Shown: one piece after another, positions 26,723 to 38,000 of the stretch
Layout of the letters: each line of letters opens with the position of its first letter
How positions within the stretch are numbered: position 1 is the first letter of the stretch
Assembly: GCF_037042905.1 (NCBI RefSeq)
Contig: NC_087250.1
Coordinates: 28,212,001 to 28,276,000 of the forward strand
DNA from: Lytechinus pictus
Lineage: Eukaryota
DNA: 64,000 bases
Direction: 5' to 3'
The notes under the pieces: generated by a model
Databases searched by the model: none
The model's input: only the letters and a program-made list of their open reading frames with translations
Told to the model about the DNA's origin: nothing
Made by a program: the position numbers and the translations under genes

Positions 26723-27900
26723 CAGTGGCGTACCGTGAATCACCAGCAACATTTTTGAATCACTGAGTGAGCGCGCTGAGTTGCTAGTTATTCTGACCTA
26801 ATAGAGACATTTTAAGGACAATGTCATTAAACGGATATGTATCTCACTGATCAAATAATGCGAGCGCGAAGCGCGAGCTGACTTTTTTTATTTACACCTA
26901 AAAAGGGACATTGTAATCAAATTTGTGTAATCATGACAGGTACCTGTCTCGCTAAACATTGCGAGTGCGAAGCGCGAGCTGAAGTTTTCGTATATTTTGA
27001 CCCCAAACAGCGAGATTTTGAGGAATATATTTTAGGAATCCATTATGAGTATGGATATCACACCATAGCCATCTAATGCGAGTGCCAAGCGCTTGCTGAT
27101 TTTATTAGAATTACATCTGAACACATGAAACACTTTTTGTAGTCATTGCAATTATGATCATCATACGCATCTCACTAATCAAATATTGCGAGCGCGAAGC
27201 GCGAGCTGAAAATTTAGATAATTCAGATCAGAAGTGGGAGCATTCTAAGGCTTGCTTGTAGGAATTCAGACCATACGTATTTCACTAACCAATCGATGCG
27301 AGCGCGAAGCGCGAGTCGAAAATTTTTGATATTCAGATGAGAAAAAGGGACATTTTAAGGACTGATTTTAGGAATTCATGAAGGGCAGACATATCTCACC
27401 AATCCACTAATGCGAACGTAATCACGGACAGGAAATGTTTCATATATACGAAGATCTTAACATAGGGCAATCACTTTTTGAGTCATGAAAAAGAAGCATA
27501 TGTCACTACATAAAACAATGATAACTCAAGTGCTAGGAAAAATATTTGGTTTATATTGACTTAAAAACGGGATGTTTTAGTACACAGGTGGGTGTTTCAT
27601 AAAGCTGTTCGCAAGTTAAGAGCAACTTTAAGAGCGACTGGTGAACCTTTTTTGCATGCTAAATAATCACCAATGAACATTTAATTGTGAATATCATTTA
27701 CCACAAGAAAGGGTCACCAGTCGCTCTTAACTTACGAGCAGCTTTATGAAACGGCCCCCAGGATTATGTACTGTATCTCGTTAAACAGACAATGCGAGCA
27801 CCGGAACAAAGAAGACGTAGGCCCTAGGCAAAATGTGTTTCATAAAATTATGATAAAATTTTTTTATCATGTAATGTAATGTAACATAACATAATTGTTA
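26723..27900. mobile_element. Second copy of the hAT-like MITE at 1756-2958 (3' end lost), containing a small MITE at ~27590-27758
   Basis: Starts CAGTGGCGTACCGTG; ~27175-27440 is nearly identical to ~2245-2510. Inner element GGTGTTTCATAAAGCTG..CAGCTTTATGAAACGGCC. Confidence 0.85.
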
Positions 27901-28002
27901 ACATTTGTAACCTATGCAATTATAGGTATATGGCTTAAAAAGAATGCAACTTGTATAACTTATACTAGTTTCATTCTTTTTAAGCTATAGGCTACCCATA
28001 CA

Positions 28003-28443
28003 CAATTTCAGCGCCCCCTAGTTCTAACATCGATTTGGCGCCCCTAGTTCGAACATTCAATCGGCACCCCCCCCCCCCCGATGTCGAACATAAATTTTGC
28101 GCCCCTACGTCGAACATCAAGTCGGCACAACCCCCCCCCCCCCCCCCTACGTCGAACATCTATTTGGCCTCCCTAGGTCGAACATCAATTTGTCTCCCCC
28201 AAGTTGGAACATCATTTCGGCGCCCTCCTAGTTCGAATATCAATTCGGCGCCCCTACATGCAGGTCCAACATCAATTTGGCGCCCCTGGTTAGAATATCA
28301 TTTCGCCCCCCCCCCCCCCCCATAACTCGAGTATCAATTTGGCGCCCCCTAGTTTGAACATCAATATAGCGCCCCTACGTCGAGCATCAATTCGCCCCCC
28401 CCCCCCCGTTCGAACATCAAATCGGCCCCCAGTTTGAACATCA
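28003..28443. repeat. ~27-35-bp minisatellite (GGCGCCCC(C)nTAGTTCGAACATCAATT)
   Basis: About 14 degenerate units read directly. Confidence 0.85.
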
Positions 28444-28446
28444 TTG

Positions 28447-29209
28447 TCTTTCCTCCTCTTCCTCTTTTTTTCCTCTCGTGCTTCCCCCTGTTCCTTTCCT
28501 TTTTTTCATTCCCCCTTTCTCGCTCTTTTCTTCTCTTCTTTCTTCCCTCTTCCTCTCTCTCTCTCTTTCTCTCTTTTCTCCTTTTCCTTTCCCCCCTCTT
28601 CCTTTTTTCTCCCCCCTCCCCTCCCTTTCCCCTCTTCCTCTTTTTTCTCCCCTCCCCCTCCCATTTCTTCTCTTCCTTCCCCCTCTTCCTCTTTTTTTTT
28701 CTCTTTCTTTCCCCTCTTCTCCTTTTCTTTCCCCTCTTCTTTTCTTTTCCCTCTCTTTTTTCTCTTTCCTCCCTCTTCCTCTCCTTTTTTCTCTCTTTCT
28801 TCCCCCTCTCCCCTCCCTTTTCTTCTCTTCCTCTATCTCCTTTTCTTTCCTCTTTTTCTCTCTCTCTCTTTCCCCTCTCTCTCTCTTTTTTATCCTTTTC
28901 CTTTCCCTCTCTTTTTCCTTCTCTTTCTTTCCCCCTTTTCCTTCCCTTCCTTTCCCCTCTTCCCTTTTTCTTCTTCCTTCCCCTTCTTCCTCTCTCTTTT
29001 CCCCTCTCTCTCTCTCTTTTCTTCTTTCCTCCTTTTTCCTCTCTCTTTTTTCTCCTTTTCCTTTCCCCCTCTCCCCTCTCTCCTTTCCTCTTTTCTTCCC
29101 CCTTTTCCTCTCTCTTTTTCCTTCCCTTCTCCCCCCTCTTCCTTTTTTCTTTTTTCTTCTTTTCTTTCCCCTCTTTTTTCTCTTTCTTTCCCTCTCTTCT
29201 TTTTTTTTT
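28447..29209. repeat. ~760-bp polypyrimidine/polypurine low-complexity tract
   Basis: Almost only C/T on the + strand. It adjoins a MITE-type terminus (..GGTCCGCGCCTG, 29264). Confidence 0.95.
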
Positions 29210-29534
29210 GGTCGAAGGGGGGGGGGGGGGCAAGGCCCCCTCGGCCCCCCATGGTCCGCGCCTGCATGGGCAAGAGTATTCAATGCAATTACATACGAAT
29301 ATCGAATGAAATGCGTTAGACCATAGATTGTATAAATTCACGCGCCGAATTATATTACATAAACTGAAATTGTATTATTCTTTCTGTGGAATATTGATGT
29401 AGTACCGTCGTGGTACTGTGTACAACTGAACTGAAGTGATTTTCTCGCACAAACTCCCCATTCAGTGCGCGCGCGTACGTTATAATTGCAATGGAACACT
29501 TTATGGCGAACTTACCCGGCGAGTTACACGTTAA

Positions 29535-30128
29535 AGGGGAATCCAACCCATATAAAAACTTGTTTTTATAAGGAAAAGAAAAATCAGACAAGTTGATAGG
29601 TGAAAGTTTGAACAATATTGGACAAACAACAAGAAAGTTATAAATTTTTAAAAGTTGTAAATATTGGTAATCACTATACCCATGGAGACTTCAAATTGGC
29701 CGCATATGGGATGGCATAGCGATGTAAGGCAAGGACTACTCTTCCATGTACTCCAATACATATTATGGCTAAAATGTCATTTTGCCCAAAAGTTTTATTT
29801 CAAATTATATTTTTCTTTCATGAGGACATAAAACAATATACTACCTGGGTTATATTTAGATTACTGCCCCAGGGGAATGGGTACTTGGGGGAAAACCACA
29901 AATCCCTGATAATAAAGTACATGGCCTATGGGAAAGTTGTCCTTGCCCCTTGTCATAATTTACTTACCCAGTTGCCAATTTGAAATCTACATAGTATTAG
30001 TGATCTCAATTTTAAAGCAGCTATAACTTTCTTATTGCTTGACCGATTTCTTCCAAACTTTCACCATTCTGTTAAATTTTTTTTCTCCTTCCCAACACAA
30101 CATTTTATGGCCAAGGCTGGATTCCCCT
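29535..30128. mobile_element. TTAA-targeting MITE (Kolobok-like)
   Basis: TTAA|AGGGGAATCCA..TGGATTCCCCT|TTAA, with RR/YY termini and TTAA TSD. Confidence 0.85.
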
Positions 30129-30152
30129 TTAAGCTCGAGTCGCTTTTAAGAC

Positions 30153-30845
30153 GGGGCCGAAATCTGCAAACTTGTTTGGCATAACTATGCCCTATCGCAG
30201 TTGGAAACCAAATACATTGTCGGTCTGTACAGGGACGATGGACTGGCTACTTTAAGACGCACCTCAGGCAGCATGCAGGGCCGACAGAGATAGAAAAACA
30301 CTCATCAAAGTCTTCCAAGAACTCGGGCTGAGAATAACAGTGCAAACCAATCTGAAACGGGTAGACTACCTAGATGTAACCTTAGATCTCGAGAATAACT
30401 CCTACCAACCCTTCAGAAAACCCAACGACACCCGATGTGTGAACGCCAACTCCAACCATCCCCCTACCAATCACTAAGCAAATTCCCACATCAGTACAAG
30501 CAAGAATCTCATCCCTATCTTCAAATGAAGAAAAAATTAAGACCGCAGCACCGGTATACAACGAAGCCCTGAGTAACAGCGGTTACCATGGTGACATCAA
30601 ATTCGCCAAAAGCCAAAAGTCCAACAAAACCAGGAAAAAACGCCATGGAAAAGTCACGTGGTTATACCCTACAGCAGTAATGTCAAAACCAACATCACAA
30701 TTAGCTATATACAGCTGCATGAAAAACGTAAATTCGATCATCAAATCACACAACGAAAAAGTCATCAGAAAATCAAAAGAAAAAGAGAACCCTAGCTGCG
30801 GAAAAAAACATGAAACTGCCGAGGGAAGGAAGACTGCCCTCTACG
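30153..30845 (+). mobile_element. Penelope-like retroelement, remainder of RT/thumb and Cys linker
   Basis: GAEICKLV, VGLYRDDGLA (catalytic YRDD), VDYLDVTLDL, PFRKPND, NSNHPP and NCRGKEDCPL. Frameshifted; the GIY-YIG domain is not seen. Confidence 0.85.
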
Positions 30846-30949
30846 ATTAAAAAAGTAGTTGCACAATATGGATCCCCATGTGGAAATAAATGAACTGAAT
30901 TAAAGAAAAGATATATATCTAAATATCTAAATAGCTATCAATATCTATT

Positions 30950-31275
<326 letters not shown>

Positions 31276-31317
31276 TTCATGTTTATTGTTTCTTTGAAGG
31301 AGTCAATGCATTGATAG

Positions 31318-31574
31318 CACTAGCGTACCTACAGGGGGGGGGGGCAGACTGCCCCCTGCCCCCCCCCCCCCTGACGAGCCACACACCCATACAAAGGACG
31401 TATCCCTGCCCCCCTGACGAGCTTGAAGACCCTTTTTTTTTTTGCTTGCTTGTCAATTTTTTCCTGGTACGAAATCCTTTATTTGTGATTGAAGACCTTT
31501 TTTTTTTTGCTTGTAAATTTTTTTTTGGCGGACGCGGTTTTGCCGCCCTGTGGAAAATCCTAGGTACGACACTG
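31318..31574. mobile_element. Short hAT-like MITE
   Basis: TIR CACTAGCGTACCTA/TAGGTACGACACTG; perfect 8-bp TSD ATTGATAG. Confidence 0.85.
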
Positions 31575-31849
31575 ATTGATAGTCACAATAAAAATTACAA
31601 TACAGTGCTTTACCATGAGCCCTCACCCTCCCCCCCCCCCCCTTCTCGATCCGTTTCCATCCCTCACTCCCCACCCTTAATTCTCTTCTGCTCACATTGA
31701 CTCTGAAAGTCACCTACACAGACACACCCACATTTGTAGAATAAACGCCAGTCGTTCTTGAAATTGTAGAGACCTTGATCTATATCCTACACTCAAATAA
31801 TCTCGCAGGCTAGGCTGAAATACAAAGAAACACCTGATATGCGTTTATG

Positions 31850-31990
31850 CTACACGTATGTACGTCGTATACGTACACGTCGTCTGATCCCAGGCCATTC
31901 ATGACTTGCGATTTCAGCGGGGAGAGATAGTTCTCGAGGCCACGAAAAACTTAGTATTAGTATCAACCTCTCTTTTCAAGGAATATCATC
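31850..31990 (+). promoter_or_regulatory. Probable IDH1 proximal promoter/5' UTR
   Basis: CpG-rich (repeated ACGT cores) directly upstream of ATC-ATG in good context. Also contains a possible acceptor CTCTCTTTTCAAG|G at 31980/31981. Confidence 0.45.
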
Positions 31991-32006
31991 ATGTCTAAGA
32001 TTCAAG
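31991..32006 (+). CDS. IDH1: IDH1 coding exon 1 (MSKIQ-G)
   Basis: ATG TCT AAG ATT CAA G|GTGAGT; phase 1 matches exon 2. Confidence 0.85.
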
Positions 32007-35000
32007 GTGAGTGATCACGTCAAAATCAATCGTAAAGTAAGAAATGAAAACCCCCAGGTGATCGACTTAAGTCTGAAGAAGAAGGAACTGGGCCGGGCCG
32101 TAATTTTTAGGCTTTCTCAAAAAGCGAAAGCCATGGCCAATGGCAAAGCCAAAGGCAAAGGCAAGCCGGACGCGGGCTCGACTGTCGTCTGCGAGGAGGC
32201 CTACGCTACGGCTACAACAAAGTCCCGGTGAACTCCGGAGTGCGGGGATCATGAGATCATTAGATGGTGGTTTACTAATGGGTACATTATTGCCGCCGTC
32301 TACAGGAAAATTGAAGGCACAGCGCATGTGAAATTGAATCAAATTCCCACGAATTCCCCCCCCCCCCAAAAAAAAAAAATGTAAAAAATAAGTGTGGACT
32401 GTGGTGAGACTGAGAGTTAGACAGCTGGCAGCCGTCTGTTTCAAGTTTTTAAACATTTTTAAACATCGCTATCGACATCGTGCAGCCACCATTAGGGGAC
32501 TTGCAATGTAAAAAATCCCCCGTCGGGGCTCTTCAATTTTTGTCTTTAATCAATAAAAATTTTGAAAATTAATGCGATCAAAATGCAAATTAATATTCCC
32601 TCTTGGCATTAATTACCAAGGCAAGAAACTGAGAAAAATCAAGTTAAAAGGAACAAAAACAGTGACTTACCTCACTTTCCCGTTTTATCCGATCTTAAGT
32701 ACATTATACATAAATATATGGCCATTGAGTCCCCTGTATGGTGGTGTGACCTTAATTTGCACGTTACCTAATTTTGCGCAGGGTCGAATATCTCAATATC
32801 TAATATTTAGTAATAAATATATTGAAAAACTGATATCACTTACAGAAAAAGCGACTTAGAATTATTAAATATGGATATTTTCTTGAAGGTAAGGCCTCAA
32901 TTTGTGAAAATATTGGTATTAAAACATTGGCAAATTTTATTACCTTTTGCGTCTGCTCCGAGAAAATCCGAACTTCTCGGCAAGCATCAAGAAATCGCCA
33001 GTTTGTAAGCATAGGTCTCCAAATAGGTAAGTCAAATGTGATACCAACCGAATTTATGGCATTTTAACCTCCATCTGATACAATTAACTTACCTTTGTCT
33101 GCTTGATTTATTTTCTAAAGCTTTGCAAAACGTTTGTGCGCAAATTAAGGTCACACTTTTTTATGACACTTTTTCAGCCGAGCGTGCACTAGTAAATCAT
33201 CATGGAATTTTGAGATCGCGACACCGGCGAAACCCTTGGCCTACTTTATAATTCCGTCATGCTAATTTGACTTTGGAATCATGCCTTCCATTTGGTATTA
33301 ATGATTTTGATTAATTTTTTGTGAACTGTGAGAAATTTTAGATTGAAAATCAACTTCATGATAATTTTTAAAATGTGCGCAAATTATGGTCACCCCATCA
33401 TACAGATCGCGCTAGAATTTGGTGAGTGAAGCCAACAGAGTTCAGCTGAACAACCAACATAACAGAGACCGAAGCTTTTGGTCTAGGTGAGAGTGAGACT
33501 ACCACCTGTTTTGTTTTGAAACCGACCACATTGTCCTTGCGCGCGTTGAAATTATTGCAAACGATACGCTTGGGAGAGTAGGCGCAGTATCCATAGAAAC
33601 GGTAAGAATTGATTTTTCAATTCGCGTATATATCGGCGAACAACGAATACGACGGTTTTACATTTGCTCATTTTCACCCTTCTTTTGAAACTGACCGCCT
33701 GCGATACACTAAGTTTGCGGCCGATTCTTGTCGCAGTGGCGAAATATTTTGACTCTTTCAAATCAGTTCTATGTTTTTCATCAAAATTCGCTATTTTCCA
33801 GCATATTTTTCAAACGAAAAGCTGTTAAATTTATTTTGATTTCATGTAGGTCTTTAATGTGTCAGATATAATTTCATACTCGAGTCTAGTGTTACCGGTA
33901 ATTTCCTTTTTATTTAAATTTTTCAGGAGGAACCGTTGTTGAGATGCAAGGAGATGAAATGACAAGGTATTTATCCTCTTCTTTTTCTTCCTTTTGTTAT
34001 TTTCTTTTCCTTTTTACTTCGATCTACAGTTTAAATTTGTAGTTGATTAGCGCCATTTCAATTCCATTCCATTCCTTGTCTTTATTTGGCAATATGTCAT
34101 GATTGACTATTTTTGCCACCCATGCATGAAAAGTAGGGTACGGTAAAAATTTTATTTAGTATTATTATTTTTAATTATTTTTTTATTATTTCTTTCATTT
34201 TCATTCCTTTTTTCTATGACAAAAAAACGACTGACACTTGTCTGTATCACCTATAATGCATGGATTATACTCCTAGGCACATATGACTTCCAAATGATCG
34301 GTTATGTCCTCATGTACGCTTAACCAGTGTAAAGATGCGAAATACACATTGCGATGTGGATTTCTGTACCCTTATATGGAAGACCACTTTTGTTTCTAAT
34401 GGGGCGTTGAAAGAAACTTGCAATCAATTGCAAGTAAATTTTTGGTCCCTAAATCAATCATATATCTTGCAGTCAATTGCATATTAGTGATTGATTGCTA
34501 ATTTGCTCCTTGAAACAAGAAGATTAATCTGATTTGCTGCAGCTAACGTTCATGTATCAGTTGTAAAATTGCAACAGAATATTTGCAATTTCAAGATCGC
34601 AAATATGTTCTTGCAACACCCCCTAAGACTGCTTCATGCGTTCCCATTACACCTTTTACTGGGTTCCACAAAAATTGGTTTAAAAGAAAGCTGATGAGAA
34701 AGGGGTCATAATTTTGGCTGTTAATGTAGCTCACCCATGATAAGTTGGAGCAAAAATATTGAAAGCGAAAGCAAAACCCCACAAGCGCGCATGATATCTA
34801 CATCTTGGGCAGAATTGAACATTTACCCAGCAAGCCATACGCGTACGTTTTGCAGTCTAGCTCAATGAATTGAATCATATTGTGACGTCACCTCCTAAAG
34901 GTGTGCAGCAGTACATTTTGGACTGTACATACATTAATGTTGCTTGTTCAGCCTCCCCATGCCTTAATATCCATTACTATACCTGGGTGAAGAGTGGCAA

Positions 35001-38000
35001 TGATGGGCACCTTCTAATTAATACAATGTAAACCAGAGTATGCAGTGTACATGTTTTAAAGGTTAATTGTGCAATGCACATAATGTACATGTGAACTTGT
35101 GTATGAAGGTCTTCAAGTGTGAAAACAGCTAATGATTTGCCCTCATTCATTGATTAAAGATAGATAGAGACAATAGGCAAACAAACTTGTTGATATTACA
35201 CTTTACAGATAGTCTTAAAGTCACAGACCTTACATGTACTTGTAGCTCCCATTAGGGATAGATATAGGCAAATTGTTGAGGCCTGCGCTTTACAGACTTT
35301 AGAAGCCACAGACCTTAGTTCTCAATACACACATACAGGTATGTAGTAATAATCTTAAGTCACAGACCCCTGGGGGGGGGGTCACTTACATTGACGAGTG
35401 GATACCATGCGCGACCCCAAAACACGTAAAAAGGATGTCTTTTTCAAGATAGGGCACGTTACTTACGTAAAGTACACGAAAAAAGGGTATCTATTTTCGC
35501 TAGGAAGGCTACGTGTTTAGGGTCAAATTTGCGAGGGTATAACAAATTAATACTAAAATGTTTTATAAGGGATGTACTTTTAAGCACTACGTGTTTAGAA
35601 AAGTATGATTTGCGCGAGGTGTGGGAGGTGGGGCTGTACTATAAACCCAATGATTTAGGTAAAGGTGACGTCTGTATGTGACATAACAATTGAAATATCG
35701 CTGTACTTGTTTAGGGTGTAAATTCAGGGAAAACTTGCCAATAGTATTGTTTTGTTTCCAATACTTGTTAAGGGTAGGGTTTCACACGCCAATACTTGTG
35801 AAGGGGTGCATTTTCAGATTATGGAAAATACGTTTGGGTGCTTTTCGAGACCCCATGGTCGCGCATGGTATCCACTCGTCAATGGAAGTGGTCCCTCCGG
35901 GCACAGACCTTATTTCTCAATATAATGTCACAGATCTTAGTTCCATTCATCTGGCATGTTTTCACAAAATTGACATAGTCATTTGGGATTTACATTTGCA
36001 ATGGAAGTGTGAGAGTACTATAATAGGTGTGTACAAATAAAATAGATGTACATGTCCTGTAAAAAAAGGAAGTTATGGAATAATAATAGCCATCAATTTT
36101 AGAGGACAAGTCCACCTCAACAAAAAAAATTATTTGAATAAAAAAAGAAAAATCCAACAAGCATAACACTGAAAATTTCATCATGAATTGGATGTAAAAT
36201 AAGAACATTATGACATTATAAAGTTTTGGTTGATTTCATAAAACATTTATATGCACATCCTGGTGGGCATGCAAATGAGGAAACTGATGACGTGACCCAC
36301 TCACCTTTTGTATTGTTTTATAATATTCATTATTCTAATTATCTCCTCATTGTCAAGTAATTCACCCTTAACATGTAGAAATAGCATTGTTTTGATACTA
36401 TATGGTTCAATTGAGTTGATCCTTAAAGTCAAATCTGTAAAATAATGAAATATTGCATAATTCAAACAATAAAAAAACAAAAGGAGTATTGAGTGAGGGA
36501 CATTATCGACTGTCTCATTTGAATTGTGCCTATCACTGTTTAGTGAAAAATAGCATTCTTTAAAATGTCATAAAATTTTGTTATTTTACATCTGATTTTG
36601 ATGGAATTCTCAGCGTTAACCTAGTTAGGTTTTTCTGTATTCATACTAATCAACATTTTTCTGAGGTGAACTTAACCTTTAAGTGGAAGGTTTCTGATCA
36701 GGGAATATTTTATTCTTTATTTTTGAGTACTTCTTTAAGAACCATGTAAGTAGCGCTGCTAAACATAATACTAGTACTTGTTCCCAGTCTTATTTGGTCA
36801 GTAGTTGTTTACATTTGTTCTTTATCAATATGACATTGTGCTCTTCAGGGTTAAATGATAAGATAATGATTGAAGGTGACCTTCATGGATTCAGACTGGG
36901 AAATGAAAGACAAAGAGAGATAATTCATTCTTGAAATAAAGTTGGTAAAGTAATTGCTTGAGAGAGAGAGACGGACAGACCAACAGACTTTCACAGACAG
37001 ACATAATTTAAAGGGAGAGAAATGGTTGGGTCGGGGTGGTGTGAAAAATTTAACTTTTAAATAGTTTTGTGGGGGAAATATAACTTTTAGATCGTTTTGT
37101 GGGAAATATAACTTTAAGATAGTTTTGTATGTGTGTGGGGGGGATTTAACCTTTAGATAGTTTTGTGGGGGAAATATAACTTTTAGATAGTTTTGTGTGG
37201 TTAACTTTTAGATAGTTTTGTGGGGAAAATATAAGTTTTAGATAGTATTGTGGGGAAATAAAACTTTTAGATAGTTTTCTGGGGAAAATAAAACTTTTGG
37301 ATAGTTTTGTGGAGGAATATATAATTTTAGATAGTTTGATGGGAGAAATATAACTTTTAGATAGTTTTGTGGGGATATATCTTTTAGATAGTTTTGTGGG
37401 GGGGGGGGAATTATGGAACTTTTAGATAGTTTTGTGGGGGAAAATATTTTAGATAATTTTGTGGGGGAAAATACAACTTTGGTGGGGAAAATGTAACTCT
37501 TAGATAGTTTTGTGGGGAAAATATAACTTTTGGATAGTTTGTGGGGGAAAGTATAACTTTTAGATAGTTTTGTAGGGAAAAATTTAGATAGTAAGGGTCA
37601 GTTAATAGGCAATCAGAACAAAGCTCATATTTCTTTTCATTGTTCCAATGTTCTCAAATTTAGAGCTGTGATAGTTTGTAATGTATTGATCCATCAGACT
37701 ACGTTACATGTACATGTAACAGTCTCATGAGGGGCCATTTTGTCTCCTTAATGATTTTTTTCTACAGCATTCCATAGGAGGCCATCAAAATCAAACTTTT
37801 ATTTCCCTTCATTCAGAGTTATTCATTCAGAGATCTTTGGATAATACATCTGTTTGTCTCTAATATGTGTCTTTCTTTGTCTAATTAAAATACAGGATTA
37901 TATGGGAGACGATTAAAACCAAGCTGATATTTCCGTTCATTGATCTTAACATTCAGAGTTATGATCTTAGTATTCAGAACAGAGATGCAACAAATGACCA

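Larger units (their letters stand above)
1376..30152. mobile_element. Putative ~28.8-kb composite insertion splitting the Penelope-like RT
   Basis: The PLE RT stops at MGAYD (1375) and resumes at GAEICKLV (30153). The ends are imperfect inverted repeats: left GTCTTAAA..GCGTAACTCGC..GCGCGCACTG (from 1386); right CAGTGCGCGC..GCGAGTTACAC..TTTAAGAC once the MITE at 29535-30128 is removed. Confidence 0.6.

Noticed and set aside
28361..29341. 280-326-aa K/R/E/G- or F/S/L/P-rich ORFs in six frames
   Set aside because: A pure pyrimidine/purine tract cannot contain stop codons; artefact.
1376..30152. The 28.8-kb spacer as a spliceosomal intron of the Penelope-like element
   Set aside because: The left junction begins AACTG (or ACAAC), not GT or GC.
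32007..32231. 74-aa ORF beginning at the exon-1 donor
   Set aside because: Starts at the intronic GTG of the splice site and has no recognisable homology; lies in a CpG-rich first intron.
33541..33607. Possible alternative IDH1 first exon ending [15 protein letters not shown], in phase with exon 2
   Set aside because: In-frame TGA at 33547-33549 and no ATG after it, so it cannot encode a leader. A non-coding exon cannot be excluded.
37801..37835. CATTCAGAGTTAT match to exon 3, upstream of its acceptor
   Set aside because: Only 13 bp exact in AT-rich DNA; too short to count as a junction duplication without statistics.
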